A stretch of DNA of 64,000 nt, taken from Eubacteriales bacterium (lineage in GTDB: Bacteria > Bacillota > Clostridia > Oscillospirales > CAG-272). Under the pieces are notes generated by a model. That model did no database searches. It was not told where the DNA came from and saw only the letters and a list, made by a program, of their open reading frames with translations. The translations under genes and the position numbers were made by a program. The first letter of the stretch is position 1; every line of letters begins with the position of its first letter. Shown one piece after another: positions 1-8,762 of this stretch. The DNA lies in contig JAZOSP010000067.1 of NCBI GenBank assembly GCA_045657165.1, forward strand, positions 3,268-67,267, read 5' to 3'.

Positions 1-770
1 GCTTTTGAGATGGAAGTTTTGATAGATTCACTATCACTGCCATTTTCAAAGTAATGAACAATAGCAGAAAATGCCTCAGAATCAGCTTTTAATATAAAAT
101 CGTCCGAGTTATTAATGTGATGCTTAGAAAACTCAAGAAGACTCTTTTTGTGTTTTTTCAATGCTTCAACTAATTTGATAGGATTTTTTGTAGCCTTATA
201 TATCACGTTCAATTCAGCATAATGCTTCTCATCCCAAAGGTACTGTAGTACGGACTCTTTACTTTTGATTATACTAAGCACCCCGTCAAAAACAAATTCA
301 GATTCCAAAAGACACAGCGATGTCTCTTTTACAGGAATACTATAGTTTTTAACGATTGTAACATCTTCTTCGGTTAAATAAAACCGATGAACGTCAGATT
401 TCAACATGCTAACGTTTTCCATTACAAAAGCTTTCGGACTAAGCTCTAATATAGCACGGATATATTGTCTAACAAGCATGTTGTTCTGACTAATTGCTGT
501 ATTCTTTTGTCTATTCGCATTTGAAAAACCTTGACAAGGCGGACCACCAATAACCACGTCTATGCTTCCGTACTTACTTTTTATTGCAGAATAGTCCGCA
601 TCGCAAACATTACCCAGAACTTCAACATTGTGATGATTTTTCTTGTAAGTGTCTTGCATATCTGGATTGTTTTCAAAAGCAACTTTTATTTCATATTTTC
701 CTGTTTGCATAAATCCAAGGCTTAAACCGCCCGCACCCGCAAACAAATCAATTACAGAGTATTTGCTCAT
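1..770 (-). CDS. DNA (cytosine-5)-methyltransferase, N-terminal ~256 aa; the 3' end lies beyond the left window edge
   Basis: My own minus-strand translation from ATG 770-768 gives MSKYSVIDLFAGAGGLSLGF...VVIGGPPCQGFSNANRQ...AFVMENV. These are C5-MTase motif I (DLFAGxGG), motif IV (GPPCQGFS) and motif VI (ENV). AGGAGA RBS at 777-782. It is absent from the ORF track because it is open at the window edge. Confidence 0.9.
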   Translation of the reverse strand, partial: MSKYSVIDLFAGAGGLSLGFMQTGKYEIKVAFENNPDMQDTYKKNHHNVEVLGNVCDADYSAIKSKYGSIDVVIGGPPCQGFSNANRQKNTAISQNNMLVRQYIRAILELSPKAFVMENVSMLKSDVHRFYLTEEDVTIVKNYSIPVKETSLCLLESEFVFDGVLSIIKSKESVLQYLWDEKHYAELNVIYKATKNPIKLVEALKKHKKSLLEFSKHHINNSDDFILKADSEAFSAIVHYFENGSDSESIKTSISK

Positions 771-782
771 TCGCCCTCTCCT

Positions 783-2864
783 TTATTCTTTGAAACCATT
801 TGCTTTTGCTTCCTCTAAAAGAGCGAGCAACTGTAAACTTTGATATGCACTTGGAAATTGTGTAGGAATCTTCATAGCGTATGTCATAGCTTTAAGCTGA
901 TCCGGACCTATGCGAACTTTTTTTGACATTACAAACTCATTAACCTTTTTCCAAAAATCAGCACCTAACTCCAAGACTTTTGCTTGCGCTTCAACATCCG
1001 AATATAGTTTCTGTTCTTTTTTCGCTTCTTTTTCAACAGACTTTGAATCTTCTTTGCTAATTAAAACCTTTTCAAATTCTGAAGAAAGTTTTAAGGAACA
1101 TTTTTTAACCTCTTCCCAACAAGCTTCGCGCTTACACCACTGAGTAACGTTAATCGTACCTCTGTGAGGATCAGTAATTGTTTCAAATACAAATTTTGTA
1201 ATTCTAACTAATTCGTTTGTTACAACATCTGGAACTTGCTGCCTGTTCCAAATAAGTTGCAAATCCAAATCCATATTTTTAAACTGCGAAACAATGATTC
1301 GATGAAGCAATGCTATGGAATATGTAACAATGTTTGCTCTATAGCCCTGTTCAAACCACGGCTGATGCGAAACCACCCACTCTGTGTGTTTGAACAGTAT
1401 CGCTAAGGCGATAGAGTCCTTAAAATACTTATCGTTATATCGTGTATCCGACTTATTCCACCCATCATCAATTATTTCTGCAAATTTCATAAAGTTGGTT
1501 TGTGCACCCTTACTTACAACATGAGGCAAACCAGCCCACGAATCTCTGTATTTCGCCAGATCAGTCTTTGTTATAACCTGTTTCTTCGGATTTTGCGCAG
1601 TGAACTTATCCTTCTGAGATTTAGTCATATGCATCTGCGCCTGCAAATACTGTCCACGCGCTCTTTCATAAAACCATTTCGTCTCATACTGAGCGCCTCC
1701 AGACGCAGGGGCAAATATTCTCCTGGAAATTTGCTCCATACGAATGTGGAACGGATGTGTTGCGAAGAAATCTGCATCGCTAACCTTGTTTTGACTGTTA
1801 GACGATCGAGAAATGTTGCGGATGAGCTCGCTTGATTTATCGGCATTAGAATCCACTTCCGTAAGCTTCATCTGAACATAAATCTGTCCCAAATCAGCAC
1901 CGTCTTTATATCGCGCATTAGATAACGAGGCGGTAGTTTGTCCGCCGTTTATAATCTGAAAATCTTTTGCATACGTGATAAAACGTCCATCTGGGGTGGA
2001 TTCAATGTGAAGATCCATTGCTGTTGCAGATACTCCATTATTGTAAGCGAAGAAATTCTGAGGAATGCGAAGTATGGTCTCTCTTATTTTTTTGTTAACC
2101 GCAACTTTTGTAGATAAGAACGATCTAACATTTCCTTCGAGTAATTGGCTTCCGTAAGCATCATAGACGTCTGCCAATGTCTTGCCCGGGATAATGCACA
2201 GATAGCTTTTATAATCCTCGCTATTCGCGCTACTCGCTTCCAGACAAGGTATTCCTTTTCCATCTGTATATGCCTTAAAATCAATTTCTATATCCTGTCT
2301 ACCTAAATCCGAAAAACATACGCGATAAATTCTATCTATATCCCATATCTGGCACTCCACAGGTATTCCATTGTAAGCTTTGGCATCTATTTCGCTTATT
2401 CTATTGCTCATGAAGCCATCGGTAAGTAATAGCAATCTGAATTTACGAATGCGATCTTTATGAAGAACAAGGGATTCGATCAAATCGGCTGCAGGAGTGC
2501 TTGGTTCGATCTCTCTCCGTAGCTTCCCCTCATAAACTTCTTCAACAAAATATAATACTCGGTCAAAAAGTGTTTGAGCATACGTTTTGGTTATTGTTTC
2601 TCGATCTTCGTCGCCAGTGTAATCTGCTATAATCAGATTGAATGTTAGGTCAAATTCATCCAGTACGTAACCATCCACACGTATTTTCCTGCTGTTCTTA
2701 CCAGTCCCTATATAGAATGCCGGTGTGAAATCTGACAACACTTCGGCATTAATTAAATAGCTTGTTGCAATATTTACAAAAGCGGCATTTGAACCAGAGC
2801 CTTCTGTTGCTGCTGTTGCTTTTATTTCTTCCAAAAAATCTTTGTGAAAATCACGTACGTCCAT
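783..2864 (-). CDS. AIPR (abortive-infection phage-resistance) family protein, 693 aa
   Basis: ORF track. The central block FFAYNNGVSATA...QIINGGQTTASL is typical of the AIPR family. An AAGGAG RBS upstream of the ATG overlaps the end of the upstream gene. Only 12 nt separate its stop from the methyltransferase start. Confidence 0.85.
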   Translation of the reverse strand: MDVRDFHKDFLEEIKATAATEGSGSNAAFVNIATSYLINAEVLSDFTPAFYIGTGKNSRKIRVDGYVLDEFDLTFNLIIADYTGDEDRETITKTYAQTLFDRVLYFVEEVYEGKLRREIEPSTPAADLIESLVLHKDRIRKFRLLLLTDGFMSNRISEIDAKAYNGIPVECQIWDIDRIYRVCFSDLGRQDIEIDFKAYTDGKGIPCLEASSANSEDYKSYLCIIPGKTLADVYDAYGSQLLEGNVRSFLSTKVAVNKKIRETILRIPQNFFAYNNGVSATAMDLHIESTPDGRFITYAKDFQIINGGQTTASLSNARYKDGADLGQIYVQMKLTEVDSNADKSSELIRNISRSSNSQNKVSDADFFATHPFHIRMEQISRRIFAPASGGAQYETKWFYERARGQYLQAQMHMTKSQKDKFTAQNPKKQVITKTDLAKYRDSWAGLPHVVSKGAQTNFMKFAEIIDDGWNKSDTRYNDKYFKDSIALAILFKHTEWVVSHQPWFEQGYRANIVTYSIALLHRIIVSQFKNMDLDLQLIWNRQQVPDVVTNELVRITKFVFETITDPHRGTINVTQWCKREACWEEVKKCSLKLSSEFEKVLISKEDSKSVEKEAKKEQKLYSDVEAQAKVLELGADFWKKVNEFVMSKKVRIGPDQLKAMTYAMKIPTQFPSAYQSLQLLALLEEAKANGFKE

Positions 2865-2873
2865 TTTATCTCC

Positions 2874-3800
2874 TTAAATTTTAAAACGGTCAATCGTTAA
2901 AAGATCTAATTCGTATTTTGCGTTATGTACTTCGGGAGGAACATTACCTCTGGTCAACTTAGGGAATCCATCCTTTACACTGTACACTCTTTTTTCCGAA
3001 ATCCTGTATCTCATTTCTTTATAGCGTTCACTATCCTTTAAATAGTATCCACACATGGCTAATTTACAAAGGAATAAATCTGTTGCACCAATGGGTAACA
3101 GTTTTTTTACGTCGTCAACAACTTCCGGAAGAGATAGTGTTTGTACTCCATTTGAAGTAGTCTTGTCCATAAAATAGACAACAAGATGACCGTTATCATT
3201 TCTGTCGAGTTGTTGTAACGAAGAAATTACAACAGTAGTTGAAGCTATTGTTGTCGCCTTAATTTCATTCCAGCTATTTTCGCAGATAAAATCCTGATCG
3301 CTACCCTCGGGGCCAACCCACGAATTTAAAGCCTTTATAGAACCTTCAGAAACCATCAATTCTTTAAGAAATAATAATTCTCCAATAAGTCCTTTTTGTG
3401 CCGAAGGTGAAAGCAATCCCTCACCTCTTTTTTGAAGCAAACGCATCCAACTATTAAAGCGTGACAATATTGTTGCAATCGGATCCAGATTGTTTTGAGA
3501 ACAATCTATTAAATCCCAACATAGCTTGACAAAAAGTTCATTTAATGAAGGATAGTTTAACAAAAAACGAAGCGCGTATTTGCCGTTATCCATCTCCACG
3601 CAACTGGAATTTATTGCTTTAGAAGAAGCAGTTTTTTCCACCTTTCCGGTATCCAAAACCATGAAACACATTTGCTCGCCATAATATCCAATGTGAAAAG
3701 ACAATGGATGATCTCCTGAAACTAGTAAGAATCCTCCGGTATTTGGCGATATACTATCCCATTTTCTCTGCAGTTCATTTATTGTCATATTCGTCATCAT
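2874..3800 (-). CDS. PD-(D/E)XK-motif nuclease-fold protein, ~305 aa
   Basis: ORF track. GPEGSDQDF...WNEIKAT gives a D...(D/E)xK core pattern. Its size and position match the PD-(D/E)XK member that accompanies Z1/AIPR operons. The start is ambiguous (ATG at 3800, 3797 or 3788). It overlaps the Z1 stop by up to 26 nt. Confidence 0.7.
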   Translation of the reverse strand: MMTNMTINELQRKWDSISPNTGGFLLVSGDHPLSFHIGYYGEQMCFMVLDTGKVEKTASSKAINSSCVEMDNGKYALRFLLNYPSLNELFVKLCWDLIDCSQNNLDPIATILSRFNSWMRLLQKRGEGLLSPSAQKGLIGELLFLKELMVSEGSIKALNSWVGPEGSDQDFICENSWNEIKATTIASTTVVISSLQQLDRNDNGHLVVYFMDKTTSNGVQTLSLPEVVDDVKKLLPIGATDLFLCKLAMCGYYLKDSERYKEMRYRISEKRVYSVKDGFPKLTRGNVPPEVHNAKYELDLLTIDRFKI

Positions 3801-6588
3801 CCTCGTCTGTGATGTCTACCCAGTTCTTTAATTCATTGACATTAACCATATAATTTGCTTTTCTTTCAAGTCCGTCTTTCGGGAATCCCAGACCAAGCGC
3901 AAACAAGATATCGGGGTCCTCCGGCGTACGCGTACCTGTCGTATTCTTAAGGATATGTATAAGTGCCAGTGGTCGACGATCTTTAATCAAGTACGTCCGA
4001 TCGTTAATTTTTTCATTGTTTGCTTTGCTTTTTGCACGCAAATCATCGATTGTATCTTTAGACAATCCAATTTTTGAGCAACCACCCGTACCAACTCGAA
4101 CGTGATGTCCGTTGACTCGTATAAGATTTGTAATCGGCTTGTCCCACTCCAACTGTCTGCCTTCCGGTTTTATAGACAAAACACGATCTATTAAATCAAC
4201 ATCTACTTCCGATTCCTCTGAGCCCTGTGGTATAGCGACATCCCAAAAATCAAGGACCTTTTCGTCTTCAGAAATATAATCCGCTAACGCAATTGGTTGG
4301 AAATTCAAGTTCCATGGATGCGTTGAGAATCCACGAACTAAATCTATAATTGCTTTTTTAGGTACACCTTTCCAAATATGAGCCTTTGTATTAACATCAT
4401 ACTCGTAATGTATGCCCTCATATGCCGAAAGACCTTGAATAAATGAACGACACAAATCTTCGTTCTGCTTCAACGTTTGCTTATCACCTCTAAGACGAGG
4501 TGTTTCAAGCATACGTCCTGAAACAGTTATAGGTCGGGAAACGGAAGTTGCTGTACGCATCTTGTTTCTTGCAGTTATAAGAAGCGCACCGGGTGCCTGA
4601 CGTACTTTTAATCCAAATTCCTCGGGTGTTTGGTTTTGACGTTTCATTTTGCGCAATTCGTCTTTCAATTCGTTTACTGCATCGGTTATATATCCATACC
4701 AGTCAATTGCTTCCTCGCCCATCCAAACCTTGAACAAATCATCATAATTAGGACGATATCCAAACCATCTGCCCATCTGCAAAAGAGTATCATACATCAT
4801 CGTATTACGATAAAAATAGCTAACGCACAACCCTTCTAGAGTCAGACCTCTAGACAAACTATTTCCACCAACTGCAATAACACGCATACCAATGTTTTTA
4901 TACTCGTAATAATTGAGAGAAGATGCTCCGTGTTGCTGGTTAACTGAACGTACTTCTATACGCTTCGCTGCCTTGTACAAGTATTCTTCAAGAAGAACGT
5001 GCCATTCAACCCCTGCGAGATCTTCAAGTTCATATTTTTCCCAAACTTCATGAAGCATAGAAATACTTGTGATTTTCATTGCTTTTTCTAAAGGCAATGA
5101 AGAATAGTTTTCCAAATCTGCTTTTATTTGATCTAAAAATTCATCTATCAAATCAGCTGTTCTATTTTGAACTAATGTAAACCTGCTAACGTTTACCAGC
5201 ATAGATCTATGCTCGGTCGTATCTTTTCTATAATCGCAAATAGCTGTCGTAATCACAAAATAGCGAATCGCTTCTTTCATGCTATATGGAATATCATATA
5301 ATTCGTCGGCTAAATCTTTTTTATGTTTGAATACAAAGAAATCGTCCTGTTCGTCATTATAAATCGGTATTATCGCTTTGCCATAAACACCTTCGCATCG
5401 TGTGACGGCGTTTCCATTCTCCCAGTTATCGGCGTCGCCATTACCAAAGATTTTATCTGCGCCAATGTATAACTCTGGTGTAGGCAATACCGTCAAAAAG
5501 TCTTTAGGAAACAGATTTTTGGTTGCTTCATCAGTTTCCGATTCCGGATTAATAAAAATATTAGCAAAAGGCGTTGCTGTAATACCTAAATATGAAGCCT
5601 GCCTAAAGCAATTCAATATATCCCTAATTGCTTTATTAATAGCTGTGGGATCTCTTTCTTCGGAATTGGTATTCACAGAAGCATTATCAGCCTCATCATC
5701 TATGAGCAGAAGAGGCAGATCTATTAGACCGTTTTCATAATCTGCGTTATTTTCCATTAACCATTTGTAGAGATTATTAAGAACACTTTTGTTCTTTTTT
5801 ACAACGAACAAAGCCGTTCCATTTAACGTCCTCAAACTAAGCCCCAACGCACGAAGCGTAGTCTTGTTGAAATCAGTTGCAACAGATGTAAAACACGCAA
5901 TTCGTTTATCGGGATTGCTTGGAGGTATTTTGCCAACACCTACAGGTTTATTCTTTATCTCGTGATCCGCTTTCTTGTCGAGAGTATATTTACTCTCTAC
6001 TCCCACAAACTCCGCATCCAGACGTTCTTGAGTCTGAACTCGAAGGTTTTCCATCATACCTGCAAGAACAATAATAACACGATATCCCGCATCCGAAGCT
6101 TTGTTACAAATAGCAGTATATGTTGCAGTTTTTCCCGACTGAACATCTCCAAGAAGCAAACCTCTTCGTTGGAACGGACGTTTGTGATCTTTGGGATTTC
6201 CCAAATCATCCATTACATCGCTCGATGTTTTATTCAAACGATTAACAACATCAACGCCCCAATGTTTTACAACCTTAAGGTAGGTTTTGTATCTTTCCCA
6301 ATAAAAACCATCATTCTCTTGAACGTGATACCAAGACTGATGCTCAGCATCTCTGCCACGCAACGTAACAGCAAAACCAATAGTATGCAAAATGTTTGTG
6401 GCTAACGTTTTCTTAATCTGTACAAAATCATCATCGCTGACGGGATACAATACATTGAAAGCTTTGCGCATAACCTCGGCTTCTTCATTAATTTGCTCCA
6501 ACGTAGGTAAAGAATCCCCATATTTTCTATTAATTGTTGCAGTTACCGTATCAACAATATAATGCATATTTTCAGTCATTGAATTCAC
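3775..6588 (-). CDS. Z1-domain protein (SF2-helicase-like NTPase), 937 aa
   Basis: ORF track. Walker A GDVQSGKTATY and a DEAD-like Walker B LLLIDDEADNASVN sit in the N-terminal half, followed by a long C-terminal region as in Z1-domain proteins. It overlaps the upstream ATPase gene by 17 nt. Confidence 0.85.
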   Translation of the reverse strand: MNSMTENMHYIVDTVTATINRKYGDSLPTLEQINEEAEVMRKAFNVLYPVSDDDFVQIKKTLATNILHTIGFAVTLRGRDAEHQSWYHVQENDGFYWERYKTYLKVVKHWGVDVVNRLNKTSSDVMDDLGNPKDHKRPFQRRGLLLGDVQSGKTATYTAICNKASDAGYRVIIVLAGMMENLRVQTQERLDAEFVGVESKYTLDKKADHEIKNKPVGVGKIPPSNPDKRIACFTSVATDFNKTTLRALGLSLRTLNGTALFVVKKNKSVLNNLYKWLMENNADYENGLIDLPLLLIDDEADNASVNTNSEERDPTAINKAIRDILNCFRQASYLGITATPFANIFINPESETDEATKNLFPKDFLTVLPTPELYIGADKIFGNGDADNWENGNAVTRCEGVYGKAIIPIYNDEQDDFFVFKHKKDLADELYDIPYSMKEAIRYFVITTAICDYRKDTTEHRSMLVNVSRFTLVQNRTADLIDEFLDQIKADLENYSSLPLEKAMKITSISMLHEVWEKYELEDLAGVEWHVLLEEYLYKAAKRIEVRSVNQQHGASSLNYYEYKNIGMRVIAVGGNSLSRGLTLEGLCVSYFYRNTMMYDTLLQMGRWFGYRPNYDDLFKVWMGEEAIDWYGYITDAVNELKDELRKMKRQNQTPEEFGLKVRQAPGALLITARNKMRTATSVSRPITVSGRMLETPRLRGDKQTLKQNEDLCRSFIQGLSAYEGIHYEYDVNTKAHIWKGVPKKAIIDLVRGFSTHPWNLNFQPIALADYISEDEKVLDFWDVAIPQGSEESEVDVDLIDRVLSIKPEGRQLEWDKPITNLIRVNGHHVRVGTGGCSKIGLSKDTIDDLRAKSKANNEKINDRTYLIKDRRPLALIHILKNTTGTRTPEDPDILFALGLGFPKDGLERKANYMVNVNELKNWVDITDEDDDEYDNK

Positions 6589-8038
6589 CTTTTTCTTTCG
6601 CGTGGTCTATTTCTTCACTATACGCACAGAATGGCTCAGCTAGTTTTAGCGCTTCTATAGTAGAGTAGCGCTCTTCAATGCTCGCCTGTTGCATCACTAT
6701 AGTTTTTACAAGTTCAATTATTTCTTTTGAAGCCATATCACTATCATTTGCTAGTTTTTCGTCATTAGTTAAATCAATATAAAGAGAGTTCAAAGGCAAA
6801 GACATGCTTATCTGCTTCAAGAGAACATCCAGTTTCGAACGTATACCTGGATATTCTTGAACAATATCTTCTATCATAGGATAATCCGGATTGATTTCAT
6901 AAAAAATACCACCGTCACGAGAAACCATTCTGTTCCACATATGAATAACGTCATCTCTCGTTTCTTTTTTTCCGCGGTATGTCCAAGTCCGTTTGCTACC
7001 TTCAGAAATTTTTTCAATGATTACACCTAGATTTTGCTTTACATCCTCTGGAGGTGTTGCTGTTGATTTTTTAATATCTAGCGTCCATAAATCATCAAGC
7101 GAGTTAGGTATATCAACTTGCACTCGAGCTAATTTCGACAAATCTCCCTGGCGCATCAAACGAAACCATGTGCCCCAAACCAGAAGTCGCTTATTTCTAT
7201 ACACATAAAACCCTTGTTGCTTCCTTAATCCTTCTTTTCCACCCAGATCCTTAAGTTCTTTTTGAGTCAACTTAGAAACATGTGGCAAAATATAAGGCTT
7301 AACTTTTACTTTTGCACCTCTAACAACAATTGTTTCTTCATCCATAAGTTGCGTGCTTTTTTTAATCAAAAACGGATCTTGTGGAACGATGCTCATATCA
7401 TTCATACGAATATCCAACTTTTTTAACCCAGTTTCACCGCTTAAATAACGATGAAACACCAAGGAAAGATGTTCTCGTATCAAAGACATTTTCCTTGTGA
7501 AAGCTTCAGCTATATCATTTTCTCCAACCGCGAATTTATCCAACTCTTGCCAAATAACCAACGTTCCATTTTCTAAAGACGTTAATTTGGAATAACTAGG
7601 GTAACTATTGAAATCCGAATTTTCAAGAATGATAAGAGACCACGACTCTGCATGCTTCACGTGATCCAGATTCCATTGAGCACCCGAAACTCGACCGTTT
7701 TGCTTCGTAATCACGGTTAAAACTCTACATTGAGACAAAGATGCAGTCTTCATTCCAAGTCCGTATCTACCCAAATCATCTTCATCTCTTTCATCCAATG
7801 GATCTCTGCTACCATACTGCATGGCGGTTATAAGTTTTTCTTCAGTCATGCCATGTCCATCGTCAAGTATCGATATATAAGACTCGCCTATCGGAAAGAA
7901 ATCAATATCTACTCGTCCCGCTTTTGCAGCTACACTATTATCAACAATATCAGCAATCGCAGCTTCTATGGAGTAGCCAATAGCACGAGTGGATTCCATA
8001 AGAGTCGGCGCATACGGGGGCATATCTTGGCATCTCAT
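6572..8038 (-). CDS. GHKL-superfamily ATPase (MORC/MutL-like, HATPase_c_3-type), 488 aa
   Basis: ORF track. Bergerat-fold N-box AIADIVDNSVAA and G1 box ILDDGHGMT lie near the N-terminus. An AAGGAGA RBS is 7 nt upstream of ATG 8038. Confidence 0.8.
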   Translation of the reverse strand: MRCQDMPPYAPTLMESTRAIGYSIEAAIADIVDNSVAAKAGRVDIDFFPIGESYISILDDGHGMTEEKLITAMQYGSRDPLDERDEDDLGRYGLGMKTASLSQCRVLTVITKQNGRVSGAQWNLDHVKHAESWSLIILENSDFNSYPSYSKLTSLENGTLVIWQELDKFAVGENDIAEAFTRKMSLIREHLSLVFHRYLSGETGLKKLDIRMNDMSIVPQDPFLIKKSTQLMDEETIVVRGAKVKVKPYILPHVSKLTQKELKDLGGKEGLRKQQGFYVYRNKRLLVWGTWFRLMRQGDLSKLARVQVDIPNSLDDLWTLDIKKSTATPPEDVKQNLGVIIEKISEGSKRTWTYRGKKETRDDVIHMWNRMVSRDGGIFYEINPDYPMIEDIVQEYPGIRSKLDVLLKQISMSLPLNSLYIDLTNDEKLANDSDMASKEIIELVKTIVMQQASIEERYSTIEALKLAEPFCAYSEEIDHAKEKGEFND

Positions 8039-8060
8039 ATATTTTCTCCTTAGCTATAAA

Positions 8061-8273
8061 TCAGTATTTGTTAGGAACAATCTCTACAATGTCATCCATC
8101 GTACATTCAAGTGCAGTGCATATTTTCACGAGCACATCACTCGATATAGTCGCACCATCTTTCTTCATCTTAGCGATGGTCGCAGGACTAACACCTGCCT
8201 TGGCAGCAAGTTCCTTGCTCTTCATTTCACGATCAATGAGTAATTTAAAAAGTTTCTTATAGCTGGCAGCCAT
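8061..8273 (-). CDS. XRE-family helix-turn-helix transcriptional regulator, 70 aa (controller-like, first gene of the operon)
   Basis: ORF track. MKSKELAAKAGVSPATIAKMKKDG is a classic HTH_3 segment, and the C-terminus LECTMDDIVEIV is typical of small Cro/C1-type regulators. GAGGTGA RBS. Confidence 0.85.
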   Translation of the reverse strand: MAASYKKLFKLLIDREMKSKELAAKAGVSPATIAKMKKDGATISSDVLVKICTALECTMDDIVEIVPNKY

Positions 8274-8312
8274 ATTTCACCTCATAAAAATAAAAGTTTT
8301 TATACATATACT

Positions 8313-8341
8313 ATTTTACTACTTTAATCGACAAATTGCAA
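8313..8341 (-). promoter_or_regulatory. Candidate sigma-A promoter for the HTH-led defence operon
   Basis: Minus strand reads TTGCAA (8341-8336), a 17-nt spacer, then TAAAAT (8318-8313), about 40 nt upstream of the HTH start codon. Confidence 0.4.
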
Positions 8342-8699
8342 GAGTTTTTGCAGAACAAATTACACGATCGCTAAATTTCTTATACTTGCGTAAATTGTGG
8401 CGTTCCTATCAATGATATAGGAACTAATATATCCGTTCCGATGGAAATGATTGAAGCAAAAACCTCTCTTCTTTGTTTAGTGCTGATCAAATTTTTCTCC
8501 ATTAGGCAGGGGCGTTGCTTTTGTATTTCGAGACTGATATTTGTGTTATGTGTAATGGCAGTATCGGCTTCATTTTAAATTGGTAATTTATATGTTCCTT
8601 TTTCTACTTTCATTTGTTATTGATAACCTAAATTAACATAAGTGTATTTTAAATGTCGAAATTTGTTTGAAAAGTGTATCATTTTTATAATAATAATTA

Positions 8700-8728
8700 T
8701 TGAAAAGTGTAAAAATATGTGTTATAAT
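8700..8728 (+). promoter_or_regulatory. Candidate sigma-A promoter of the AAA+/DUF4143 gene
   Basis: TTGAAA (8700-8705), a 17-nt spacer, then TATAAT (8723-8728). GGAGGAG RBS at 8750-8756 and ATG at 8763. Confidence 0.55.
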
Positions 8729-8762
8729 ATTATTGAAAACTGTATTATTGGAGGAGAAATCT

